Part shown: positions 1 through 11,479 of the stretch, in pieces | Layout of the letters: each line of letters starts with the position of its first letter | Position numbering within the stretch: position 1 is the stretch's first letter | Assembly: GCA_913041775.1 (NCBI GenBank) | Contig: CAJWJW010000002.1 | Coordinates: 1 to 34,637, forward strand | Direction of reading: 5' to 3' | Source of the DNA: an uncultured Flavobacteriales bacterium | Lineage (GTDB): Bacteria; Bacteroidota; Bacteroidia; Flavobacteriales; UBA7430 | Length of the DNA stretch: 34,637 nucleotides | Program-made: the position numbers and the translations under genes | Notes under the pieces: generated by a model | Database searches by the model: none | What the model saw: the letters and a program-made list of their open reading frames with translations, nothing else | What the model was told of the DNA's origin: nothing

Positions 1-691
1 CAAATGACATCAAAAGTTAGAATCTTACATTTATGTCAATTCTATTTATGAAGATTTTAGCTCTTACGTAGGTACGCCACCAAAAATCTCGAGAAATTTT
101 AATAAAAAAACAAAAAAAACATACTATTCAATATATTTAGAAACGTATATACATGAATTTATTAGTCTTTACGCGACGATTTTTTATTTTACTGATGAAA
201 CGAATGAAAACAAATGAACAAAAAAAGTACCCTTTAATATTGAAGTTTTGTTAACCCCAAGAGCTTTAGCATATTGATTTATGGATGATGGTTCTAGGCA
301 GGGCTACAGTAGTTACATTCTTTGCACGGATAATTTTACAAAAAAAGATATCGAGTTTTTAATAGAGACTTTGCGCAAGCGTTATGGTCTTGTGTGTAAA
401 GTTTTTTTTCACAACGGCTATCCTCGAATTCGTATTCAATCTCAATCCGTGATTGCTTTTAATAAAGTAGTTCAACCTTACATACATTCTATCTTTCAAT
501 ATAAAATTATTCCCCGTGAAGAACTTAAAGGATATTATGCTATGAAAGTTCCTGAACTTAGAGCTCTTTGTAAAAGTCGAAAAATAGTTCGGTGTAGTGG
601 ATTACGTAAACAAAGTATTATTGGTCTTTTAAAGGAGTATGATTTAAAGCAAATACTGCTTAGTTTGAACTACAAAGCGTTGTCTTGTTAA
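1..691 (+). CDS. LAGLIDADG homing endonuclease, 5'-partial (runs off the left edge), with a C-terminal SAP-like motif
   Basis: Frame 2 is open from the window edge if TGA=Trp (TGA at 5-7, 215-217, 275-277). It reads ...VLLTPRALAYWFMDDGSRQGYSSYILCTDNFTKKDIEFLIETLRKRYGL..., a second LAGLIDADG motif plus the typical downstream block. TAA stop at 689-691. The tail MKVPELRALCKSRKIVRCSGLRKQSIIGLLKEY resembles a SAP helix-extended loop-helix motif. Confidence 0.85.
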
Positions 692-730
692 AAAACCATA
701 AGTAAATAAAGACATATTTTTTTATTCGAT

Positions 731-803
731 AGGATGATGGCGGGTTCGAACCGCCGACCGTTACGGTGTAAACGTAATGCTCTACCAGCTGAGCTAATCA
801 TCC
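731..803 (-). tRNA. trnV(uac): tRNA-Val (UAC)
   Basis: Minus-strand cloverleaf: acceptor GGATGAT/ATCATCC, D arm GCTC..GAGC, anticodon stem TTACG/CGTAA, loop TTTACAC, T arm GGCGG-TTCGAAC-CCGCC; 73 nt. Confidence 0.9.
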
Positions 804-811
804 GAGTTGAA

Positions 812-883
812 AAGCGACGTCAGGATTTGAACCTAAATTACAAGGTCATGAGGCTTGTGACTTAACCATTAGTCTACATCGCG
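812..883 (-). tRNA. trnM(cau): tRNA with CAU anticodon (Met, possibly initiator, or Ile-lysidine type)
   Basis: Minus strand: CGCGATG-TA-GACT..AGTC-A-CAAGC-CTCATGA-CCTTG-TAAT-TTAGG-TTCAAAT-CCTGA-CGTCGCT. Canonical U8, D and T arms. C1/U72 and 31/39 positions are unpaired. Confidence 0.75.
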
Positions 884-901
884 TTTAAATTTATATTTGG
901 T

Positions 902-973
902 AGACAAAACAGAGAATTGAACTCTGTACTCCAGAGTATGAATCTGGTGCTTTACCATTTAAGCTATTTTGCC
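902..973 (-). tRNA. trnM(cau): tRNA with CAU anticodon (elongator Met or Ile-lysidine type)
   Basis: Minus strand: GGCAAAA-TA-GCTT..AAGC-A-CCAGA-TTCATAC-TCTGG-AGTA-CAGAG-TTCAATT-CTCTG-TTTTGTC; fully paired acceptor; 72 nt. Confidence 0.85.
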
Positions 974-993
974 TTTTTCTGTTACGGTGAGTA

Positions 994-1878
994 CTATGCA
1001 AACTTACGTTTTGAAAATCGATATCACGTAGATTGGATTGTTTTATCCCGAGTTACAATGATGTTTAAATTTTGATAACGTAGTCCAATAGGTTGTAAAG
1101 ATTTTAGCGCTCCCTGCTGATTTATTAGTCTCTTTTGTTTCAGAGAAGATTCTCCTTTAGGTAAAAAAGCAACAAATCCACCAATTAAAATACAAACACC
1201 AGCGTGTCGTAGTGAACGACCAATACGGCCCGTTAGAATATGATTTTTTTTTCAACATTTAGATAATCAATTTCAAGTATTATTATAATGCATTAATTGT
1301 CTTGTGATATGGGGAGATGTTGTAATTTGTTGTGCATGTTTTTCATTAAATTGGTAATAAGGAAATTCTATATTATTTTCTAAAGACTTAAAGTTTTTTG
1401 TTTTTAGTCATTCTAAAAACATCCCTTTCCGTTGTGATAAATCAAACTGACCGGGGTTACTTTTTACAAAATCCGCATTTGTATAAAGAGATTTAAAATG
1501 ATTTCACAGGAACAAAGTATTCTTAAGTTTAGAATCCGTAAGTACTTCAGAATTACTTTTATAAGTACGATGAATAAGTTGATGTTGAATTCAAGGCTTT
1601 AAATTATAAGAGACTAGTTCTTTTTCCCCAATATCCATAAAATAAGTAGGTTTTGTTTTTGAGTTTTTATATTGGTTTAGAGTTTGAGTAGTTAAAACAA
1701 GTTGACCTTTTTTTAAATGTGTTTCTTGGTTTTTTAAAAGAGGATGAATAGGTTGAGACTTTTGAGCATTATAAAAATCTGTTTTTTCATATTTGTTAAA
1801 GCTTAGACTTTGACTTGAATATTTTCGTGATAGAAAAGTTGTTGTTTTGTTGTATGTTTTTTTAATTCCAAAACTCAT
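994..1878 (-). CDS. rps11: Ribosomal protein S11-like (divergent S11 domain after a ~180-aa N-terminal extension)
   Basis: 294-codon minus-strand frame open from ATG 1876-1878 to TAG 994-996 once 7 in-frame TGA are read as Trp. The C-terminal third reads ...PHITRQLMHYNNTWNWLSKCWKKNHILTGRIGRSLRHAGV...QGALKSLQPIGLRYQNLNIIVTRDKTIQSTWYRFSKRKFA. By eye this follows the S11 pattern (HI..NNT ... G.R.SRKS..AA ... GR..ir.L...G..I..I.D.T......R..K.R). The assignment is weak. Confidence 0.5.
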
Positions 1879-1924
1879 TTTTTTATGTATCCATTAACAC
1901 TTGCTAAATTTTTATATAAGTCTA

Positions 1925-2791
1925 ATGCATAAAATGTTTTTTAATAATACTAATAAAAAGACTAATTTTATTCAGTCTACTATCTATGCATCGGATTCAT
2001 ACCCGAAGCATCCTTACCATCTAGTAACACCTAGCCCTTGACCGTTTCTAGGAGGTCTAGCTGCTTTAACTTTAACTACAGGAGGTGTAATGTTCATGCA
2101 TGCATTTGCTGCTGGTAAATTTGCTCTTTTCTTCGGACAAGTAATGCTTTGATTTGTAATGTGAGTTTGATGACGCGATGTTATTCGTGAGGCTACATTC
2201 GAAGGACTTCATACAACAGCTGTTCAAAAAAATCACCGAATCGGTATGATTTTATTCATTGTATCTGAAATTATGTTTTTCTTTGCTTTCTTCTGAGCAT
2301 ATTTCCACGCTTCTATTATTCCTGGTATTCAGATTGGTGCCACTTGACCTCCTCAAGGAATTGATGTATTTAACCCATGAGAAGTTCCTCTATTAAACAC
2401 AATGCTTTTACTTCTTTCTGGTTTCTCTGTAACTTGATGTCACCATTGTATTGTAGCAGGTTACCGAAAAGAAGCTTTAGTTAGTTTAACTTTAACAGTT
2501 ATTCTTGCATGTTTCTTCACAGGATTCCAAATTTTAGAGTATGTTGAAAGTCCTTTCCATATTTCAGATTCTGTATACGGTAGTACTTTCTTTATGGCTA
2601 CAGGATTCCACGGTTTACACGTTCAAATTGGAACTCTTTTCCTTTTTATTTGTGCTATTCGTTTACACAAAGGTCATTTTACTCGACAGCATCACTTCGG
2701 TTTCGAAGCTGCTGCATGATATTGACATTTTGTAGATGTTGTATGATTATTCTTATTCTGTACAGTATACTGATGAGGAGGAATGCAATAA
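1925..2791 (+). CDS. cox3: Cytochrome c oxidase subunit 3
   Basis: ATG 1925 (alternative 1934) to TAA 2789-2791 in one frame with TGA=Trp. Contains [38 protein letters not shown]. Confidence 0.95.
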
Positions 2792-2890
2792 TTCTAAGCG
2801 CTGGTTTAGGTCTTATCTCAGATAAACTTTAGTAGCCTACTTCTTACGTTGATAAAAAAGATAATTCATTCGTTATCAAGCATAGAAAAA

Positions 2891-4606
2891 ATGTCTTTAA
2901 ATAATCCATCAATGGAACATTTTAATTGATTTTTGTGAGGAGGATCTTTGGTTGAATTTTTCATGCTCGTTTCTATCGTAGCTTTGTTACTTTATGGAGT
3001 TTGATATTCAACTTCCCCTTTTTTACGATTCCCTGTTTTAGCAATTAACACACTATGACACGGAGTTTTTATCCTATCTATTAGTCTTTGACTATTATGA
3101 TCTCGTTTTTCTCTTTTACCATCTTTTATTCTGTTTAAAAACAATCTAATTTATGATGATTTCTCTTTCAAAATGAGTATTATTTTAGTTACATGTACGA
3201 TCGTATGTCTTTTATTAAGTCGAGATTATCTTGTTTATGAAAAAGTTAATGTTTTCGAATATGTAATTTTTATTTTATTATCTTGTCTTGGTGGTTGTTG
3301 ATTAGTTGCTTCTTATGATTTTTTTACAATGTATTTAGCAATTGAACTTTTAAGTTTACCTTTATATGCTCTAGCATCGATTAAAAGTCGATCTTTATTA
3401 TCAACTGAAGCAGGATTAAAGTATTTTATTTTAGGTGCCTTTTCATCAGGTGTTTTCTTATTCGGTGTTTCTTTAATTTATTTTGCAACAGGAAGTCTTA
3501 ATTTTTCGGAAACGGGGCAACTTTTTGCAGGAACATCTATTACTTTATTAGATTTTACGAATCCAGATACGTCGTTAAGCTATATTTCAGCTTATTTTAT
3601 TGGTATCATTATGGTTTTAACAGGTCTTTTATTTAAATTAACTGCGGTACCTTTCCATATGTGAGCTCCCGATGTATACGAAGGAGCCCCTACTCCAGTA
3701 ACGGCTTATTTTTCTATTGTACCAAAACTTGCTGTATTTGCTGTAACTATTCGAATTTTTTATGTAAGTTTTTTCGATATTGGTATTGAATGACAAAAAG
3801 CTCTTGTATTCTGTGCTATGGCTTCAATGATCTTAGGAACATTCGGAGCTATGATGCAAAAGTTAGATTTAAAGCGACTTTTAGCTTATAGTGCAATTGC
3901 TAACGGAGGTTATATGTTATTAGGTATCGGTTCAAGTAATTTGGAAGGTATTCAAGGTTTACTTCTTTATGCTATTGTATATGTTGTTATGACATTCAAT
4001 GCATTTGCGACAATTTTAACTCTTCGAAGTACAAAATCTGTTGCTGAACAAGCAGACCTAACGACTTACCAATGAGAACAAGATCATAGTAATATGAAAA
4101 CTCTATTTTATAATAAATCTATCCAATCGAATTCGACTTCTCAATCTGAACAAACTAATTGAGTTTTAAATAATTTAACACCTCGACAAATGTCTGTTGT
4201 TAGTCAAAATTCTATTGGTTCTTTGACAGGTATTATGCAATTTCGATGTATCTCAAAAACAAACCCTTTATTAGCTATTTCAATTGCTTTCATGTTTTTC
4301 TCGATTGCTGGAGTACCACCTTTAGCGGGTTTCGTAGGTAAGATGTATTTATTCTTTGCTGCTGTAAACGGGTCTTTATACTTAGCTGTTTTAGTAGCTA
4401 TCTTGGTTAATGTTGTTGGTTCATTTTATTATATTCGATGTATTAAATTAGCTTATTTTGATCAATCAAAAGAATGAGTATCATTAGCACCATTTAGTAA
4501 AGAAATTAGTCTTATCTTAGGGTCTACAATTTTATTTATTAGTTTTTTCTTTCTTTACCCATCGACGGCTATTTTATGAGTTCAAAACGCTAGTATGGTT
4601 TTATAA
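2891..4606 (+). CDS. nad2: NADH dehydrogenase subunit 2 (with an internal hydrophilic insertion)
   Basis: ATG 2891 to TAA 4604-4606. The three track ORFs (3329, 3818, 4190) are in the same frame and joined only by TGA codons. Motifs: [49 protein letters not shown]. Confidence 0.93.
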
Positions 4607-4675
4607 AGTTAAAAAACGTCAGGTAATATGTTGATCATCTTTTTAGCAAGAAGGCTTTCAAAGTTAAAATATGTG

Positions 4676-4749
4676 TAACAGTGGCAGGATTCGAACCTGC
4701 GATCCTCTGATTAAAAGTCAACAGCTTTAACCAACTAAGCTACACTGTC
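4676..4749 (-). tRNA. trnK(uuu): tRNA-Lys (UUU)
   Basis: Minus strand: GACAGTG-TA-GCTT..AAGC, anticodon loop CTTTTAA, T arm GCAGG-TTCGAAT-CCTGC, acceptor 3' CACTGTT; 74 nt. The 27:43 pair is mismatched. Confidence 0.85.
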
Positions 4750-4755
4750 TACGAA

Positions 4756-4829
4756 AACGCTCTGTAGGACTTGAACCTACAACCAATAGCTTCGAAAACT
4801 ATTGCTCTATCCATTTGAGCTAAGAACGC
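4756..4829 (-). tRNA. trnR(ucg): tRNA-Arg (UCG)
   Basis: Minus strand: GCGTTCT-TA-GCTC..GAGC-A-ATAGT-TTTCGAA-GCTAT-TGGTT-GTAGG-TTCAAGT-CCTAC-AGAGCGT; 74 nt. Confidence 0.85.
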
Positions 4830-4842
4830 AAAGTCTTAATAA

Positions 4843-4914
4843 CGAGAAAGACGGGATTTGAACCCGCAGCCTCCGGATAGACAGTCCGGCGCTCTACCGT
4901 TGAGCTACTTCCTC
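4843..4914 (-). tRNA. trnD(guc): tRNA-Asp (GUC)
   Basis: Minus strand: GAGGAAG-TA-GCTC..GAGC-G-CCGGA-CTGTCTA-TCCGG-AGGCT-GCGGG-TTCAAAT-CCCGT-CTTTCTC; 72 nt. Confidence 0.9.
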
Positions 4915-4941
4915 TATAAGTCCTATAAAATGATTCTATAA

Positions 4942-5022
4942 TGAAGAGAGTAGGATTCGAACCTACGATGCTAGTGCATTAGCTTTACAGGCTAACCTCG
5001 TCAACCACTTGAGTATCTCTCC
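4942..5022 (-). tRNA. trnY(gua): tRNA-Tyr (GUA), long variable arm
   Basis: Minus strand: GGAGAGA..., anticodon arm TTAGC-CTGTAAA-GCTAA, 12-nt variable arm, T arm GTAGG-TTCGAAT-CCTAC, acceptor 3' TCTCTTC; 81 nt (bacterial-type class II Tyr). Confidence 0.88.
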
Positions 5023-5087
5023 TTTAACACGTTATTAATATTTGTTTTTATGTAGTGAATGCTTTTTTGAATATTTCATTGCAAAAA

Positions 5088-7133
5088 ATGTATTTATCGA
5101 TAATTTTTCTTCCTTTGATGGGTTCAATCTTAGGTGGCCTTTTTGGTCGCTTTCTTGGACCAAAAGGAGCAAGTATTATTACAACAGGTTGTTTATTTAC
5201 TTCATTATTTTTATCTTGTATTGCTTTTTATGAAGTAGGACTATGTGGTTGTCCTACACACATTAAGTTGATTTCTTGATTTGATAGTGAAACTTTCATT
5301 GCTGATTGAGGATTTCAGTTTGACGCTTTAACATGTTGTATGTTAATCGTTGTAACTTTAGTATCTTCATTAGTACATTTATTTTCAATTGATTATATGG
5401 CTTACGATCCTCATCGACCACGATTTATGGCTTATTTATCATTATTTACTTTTTGTATGTTAATGTTAATTTCAGCAGATAATTTTCTGCAGCTGTTCTT
5501 TGGATGAGAAGGGGTAGGTTTATGTTCTTTTCTTCTAATTAATTTTTGATATTCTCGAATTAGTGCTAACCGTGCTGCTTTAAAAGCTTTTGTTATGAAT
5601 CGAGTTGGAGATTGAGGTTTTGGTTTAGGTATTATTGCATGTTACGTTGTATTCAAATCTGTTGAGTTTGAAACAATTTTTGCTCTAGCACCATTATACG
5701 CCAACCAAACTTTTTCTTTCTTTAACTACGAGGTTGATCAGTTAACATGTATTTGTCTTTTATTATTTATTGGAGCTGTAGGAAAATCTTCTCAGATTGG
5801 TCTTCACACGTGATTACCAGATGCTATGGAAGGTCCAACTCCAGTTTCTGCATTAATTCACGCTGCCACAATGGTAACGGCAGGTATTTATATGATTTTA
5901 CGATGTTCACCTTTATTTGAATTCGCTCCGCGAGCTCTTATGGTTATTGCCTTTATGGGTGCGGCAACAGCTTTTTTCGCTGCTACAACGGGTTTACTTC
6001 AAAACGATCTAAAAAAGGTTATTGCTTATTCAACGTGTAGTCAATTAGGTTACATGGCTTTTGCTTGTGGTTTATCTAAATACACAGTATCTTTTTTTCA
6101 TTTAGCTAATCATGCTTTTTTCAAAGCATTACTTTTCTTAAGTGCAGGTTGTGTAATTCATGCTATGGCTGATGAACAGGAAATGCGTCGAATGGGAGGT
6201 CTTTTATCTTCTTTACCGTTTACTTATGCTATGATGCTTTTAGGTAGTTTAGCTTTAATGGGTACTCCTTTTTTAAGTGGTTTCTATTCTAAGGATGCTA
6301 TTTTAGAATACGCAGCAGTTCATTATATTGTTAGTGGTTCATTTACTTTCTGATTAGGTGTTATGGCCGCTTTTTGTACGAGTTTTTACTCTTTTCGATT
6401 AGCATATTTAACATTCTTAAATAACACAAACGCTTATAAGCAATCTATTGAGCATATTCACGATCCAGCACCTCTTGTTATTTGTGCATTGCTTCCATTA
6501 GCGTTAGGTTCTATGTGATCAGGTTATTTAGGAGCAGATTTATTCCTTGGAGTAGGTACACCTTTTTGAGGTAACGCATTATTCTTTGGATGAACAACAA
6601 CTTTAACTTTAGAGCCTCATTTCTTAGCATTCCCAATTAAATTCCTTCCATTAATTTTTACTGTATTAGGAGGTTTCTTAGCTTTTTTAGCGTATATGTT
6701 TTTAAATAACGTTATCTTTACATTATTATTTCACCCTTATGTACAGCCAGTTTTTGCTTTCTTAAATAAGAAGTGATATTTTGATAAAGTTTATGATGAA
6801 ATTTTTCTGATTCAAACTATGCTTTTTGGGCGTAACGTAACTTTCCGATTATTAGATCAATTTGTTTTCGAACAGTTTGGTCCTGAAGGAATTCGAGCAA
6901 CATTATTAAAGGTTTCACGTTCGACGAAAGATCTTCAAAACGGATTTGTTCCTAATTATGCAGCTTTATTCTTTTATGGTCTTTTAGGTCTTATTATCGT
7001 ATTAGTTGTTTTCCCAAAAATGGTACTATTATCACCAGCATTAGGAATTTTCTCAAATTCTCTTGTCCAGATTCTTCCAGTTCTTTCTGTACTTTTTGTA
7101 TTTAGTTGAGTCTTTGCTCGTAAAGAAGCTTAA
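5088..7133 (+). CDS. nad5: NADH dehydrogenase subunit 5
   Basis: First ATG at 5088 ([13 protein letters not shown]...); the track ORF at 5055 starts on GTG. Track ORFs 5055, 5826 and 6819 share one frame joined by TGA. TAA at 7131-7133. Motifs: [44 protein letters not shown]. Confidence 0.93.
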
Positions 7134-7135
7134 AA

Positions 7136-7501
7136 ATGATACAAGTTTTTGATATCCAAGTTCCATCTAATATCCCAATTAGACAAGCCTTTACTAAAAT
7201 CTATGGTATGGGTCCTAAAAATGCTAATATTTTTTGTAATTGACTAGGTTTACCAAAGTCTGTTTCTTTTAATAATCTTAGTTTACATAAACAGCAATTT
7301 ATTACATCAAAATTCGAGAAATTTATTCTTGACTATGACATTCTTATTGGAGAGAAACTTCGTGTAAAAAATAACGAAGACGCTCAACGTTTACGTTCAA
7401 TTTCTAGTTATAGAGGTATTCGAAATGCTCAAGGGTTACCTGTACGAGGTCAAAAAACAAAAAGTAATGCTCGAACGCAAAGAAAACGTCGTCGAATTTA
7501 A
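7136..7501 (+). CDS. rps13: Ribosomal protein S13
   Basis: ATG 7136, 2 nt after the nad5 stop; TAA 7499-7501. [30 protein letters not shown]...[32 protein letters not shown] matches the S13 signature (YRG.RH..GLPVRGQRT). Confidence 0.9.
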
Positions 7502-7570
7502 TTAAAATCTTTTAGATAATCAAAGGCATAAAATAGACTTTGTGAGATTATATTAATTTCATTCACAAAA

Positions 7571-7867
<297 letters not shown>

Positions 7868-7924
7868 TTGAATACTACATTAAATATATGTTTCAACCTA
7901 ATTTTATAATTAAAACACAAACCT

Positions 7925-8030
7925 GATACTTTTTAATTTGTGCATAAGACACGATCCCATTCGATCTCGACTAGTCAAACCAAATTAAACCGCAAATACT
8001 GCTTTTCAGTGGAAAGGGCGGGATATAATG
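7925..8030 (+). rRNA. rrn5: Probable 5S rRNA (ends approximate)
   Basis: GACACGATCCCATTCGATCTCGACTAGTCAAAC (7949-7980) closely resembles the helix III/loop C core of plant- and algal-type mitochondrial 5S rRNA (CCCGAUCCCAUUCCGA.CUCGA). Flanking pairings AATTTG/CAAATT (helix II) and CCGC..ACTG-loop-CAGT..GCGG (helix IV/V) can be drawn. I could not draw a convincing helix I, so the termini are uncertain. Confidence 0.55.
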
Positions 8031-8094
8031 ATAATTCTTTGAATCATCTATTATAGGTTCAGTATATTAAAAACGAAGTATAAAAAGAATAACA

Positions 8095-8176
8095 GCGGGT
8101 GTGCTGTAATTGGTAGCCAGGTTGGTCTTAGAAGCCAATGGTTTAATCCGTGTAGGTTCGAGTCCTATCACCCGTA
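8095..8176 (+). tRNA. trnL(uag): tRNA-Leu (UAG), long variable arm
   Basis: GCGGGTG..., anticodon arm TTGGT-CTTAGAA-GCCAA, 13-nt variable arm, T arm GTAGG-TTCGAGT-CCTAT, acceptor 3' CACCCGT; 82 nt. Confidence 0.88.
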
Positions 8177-8179
8177 TAT

Positions 8180-8650
8180 TTTTAGTGTGATTATAAAAGC
8201 CTACTTCTTAAGATTATTCCATATAATGGATTAAAATATTTAAGCCAAAAAGCCCTTCGGGAAGCCTTGTTATATATAGCTCTATAAAGGCCTTTTGCGT
8301 ATTTAAGGGGATTTACTCGAAATAAAAAACATGCTTAAAGTTTACTCTTGTAATAGCTTTCATATCGATGTATTTTTGAATAGTGTGAGTATTACAAAAA
8401 AAGGCATTTTGACCCTTTAGTAAATTAAAGCCTACTTCTAAGTATGTTTTATCTATGAAGTAAAAATATTAGACTTAAAACCTCCCTTGAGAGACCTTGA
8501 TATATAAGGGTCTACAGGGTCACTTTCAAGATTTAAGGGGTTTTACCCTAAAATAAATTAGTTTTAAAGTAAACACCTTTATTCCTTTTCATATCAACGT
8601 ATATTCTTGGTCTAGAATTTTCGTGACTTAAAGTATTTTCTAACATAAAG
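8180..8650. repeat. Two diverged tandem copies (~220 bp each) of a non-coding element upstream of nad6
   Basis: Both copies begin AAAGCCTACTTCT (8206 and 8427). They share ATTTAAGGGG(A/T)TTTAC(T/C)C, (C)TTTCATATC(G/A)A(T/C)GTAT and other blocks in the same order. There is no open frame on either strand. Confidence 0.75.
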
Positions 8651-8688
8651 ACCTAAAGAGATATAGTAACAGAAAAATAAACTTAAAC

Positions 8689-9357
8689 ATGAATACTCAC
8701 GATATATTATTCTATTTATTCTCATTTGCATCTATTGGATCAGCTTTTTGCTTGGTAACTTCATCAAATCCTATCCACGCTATTCTTTTTCTGGTAGCCG
8801 CTTTTGCAGGTGCAGGGTCCGTTTTAATGCTTTTTGGAGCTGAGTATCTAGCGATTCTTTTTTTTATTCTTTATATTGGAGCTATTGCTATTGTATTTTT
8901 ATTCGTTGTTATGATGTTAAATATTAAACAGGCTGAATTAAAAGAAACTTTACGAGGTAAAATTGAACGCTATTTACCAATTGGAGCAGTTATTTCTCTT
9001 ATTTGTTTATCAAGTTTACTATACATTGTTATTAAAGATTCAGTTGTTTTCTACTCATATGATAACATTAACAATCTTTCGGGTTTAACTCAAAGTGTAG
9101 AATTAAATATGCTAGAAGATCCTTATATCCAATGATATACTTTACTTGATGCCGTAACAAATGTTGAAGGACTAGGTCTTTTATTATATACACATTATTT
9201 TCTTCAATTTATCCTTGCAGCTATGCTTCTTTTAGTTGCTATGATTCTGGTTATTGTATTAACAGGTTTTAAGCATGATACTATTAAACACCAAGATTTA
9301 TTTACACAAATGAGTCGAGAAACAGATGATGCTTGAACAGCATGAGATGGAAAATAA
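8689..9357 (+). CDS. nad6: NADH dehydrogenase subunit 6
   Basis: ATG 8689 to TAA 9355-9357, with three in-frame TGA near the 3' end. Hydrophobic N-terminus ...SSNPIHAILFLVAAFAGAGSVLMLFGAEYLAILFFILYIGAIAIVFLFVVMML, typical of nad6. Confidence 0.9.
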
Positions 9358-9405
9358 ACTTCATCATTCTAATGTGAATTGTTAGGTTACAGAAAAGAAT
9401 ATTCT

Positions 9406-10959
<1,554 letters not shown>

Positions 10960-11024
10960 TTTGAGCTTTAAACTAAAGTATTTTTACTTTAAAATACTTT
11001 TTTTAGATAAAAAAAAGCATAAAA

Positions 11025-11351
11025 ATGAAATCACAAAAAGTAAAAGATTTACAATACCGAAAAAATTATCGTAAATATGAAGCGAAACGTTTATTACTAA
11101 AATATCTTTTATTACAACAAGATAGTGAAAATTCTTCGTTAGCAACTGAAACATTATCTGAAGGATGAAAACAACGTATGAAACATTTGCAAAAAATACC
11201 ACGAAATAGTTCGAAAGGACGATTACGAGGTCGTTGTGTAATAACAAATCGACCACGTTCTGTAAACCAGCTTTTACGGATTTCAAGACAAGAAACTCGA
11301 CGTTTAGCCTTAACTGGAAAACTACCAGGCGTTAAACGTTCAACTTGATAA
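11025..11351 (+). CDS. rps14: Ribosomal protein S14
   Basis: ATG 11025 to TAA 11349-11351. ...LQKIPRNSSKGRLRGRCVITNRPRSVNQLLRISRQETRRLALTGKLPGVKRSTW, with the final Trp encoded by TGA. Matches the S14 C-terminal signature (R.RC..TGR.R......SR...R.....G.LPGV.K.SW). Confidence 0.9.
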
Positions 11352-11390
11352 TAATAAAAAGCTTATTTGAATATAAATATTTTGTTTAAA

Positions 11391-11464
11391 GGGGATTTAG
11401 CTCAATCTGGTAGAGCGCTTGCTTTGCAAGCAAGATGTTAGCGGTTCAAGTCCGCTAATCTCCA
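11391..11464 (+). tRNA. trnA(ugc): tRNA-Ala (UGC)
   Basis: GGGGATT-TA-GCTC..GAGC-G-CTTGC-TTTGCAA-GCAAG-ATGTT-AGCGG-TTCAAGT-CCGCT-AATCTCC-A; has the G3:U70 identity pair. Confidence 0.92.
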
Positions 11465-11479
11465 TATATAAGTTTTAAA

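Noticed and set aside
2541-2832. Track ORFs 2541..2735 and 2650..2832 (+), also 5042..5233 and 13762..13965
   Set aside because: They are alternative frames within cox3, nad5 and atp6 respectively. The conserved frames, joined by TGA=Trp, are different.
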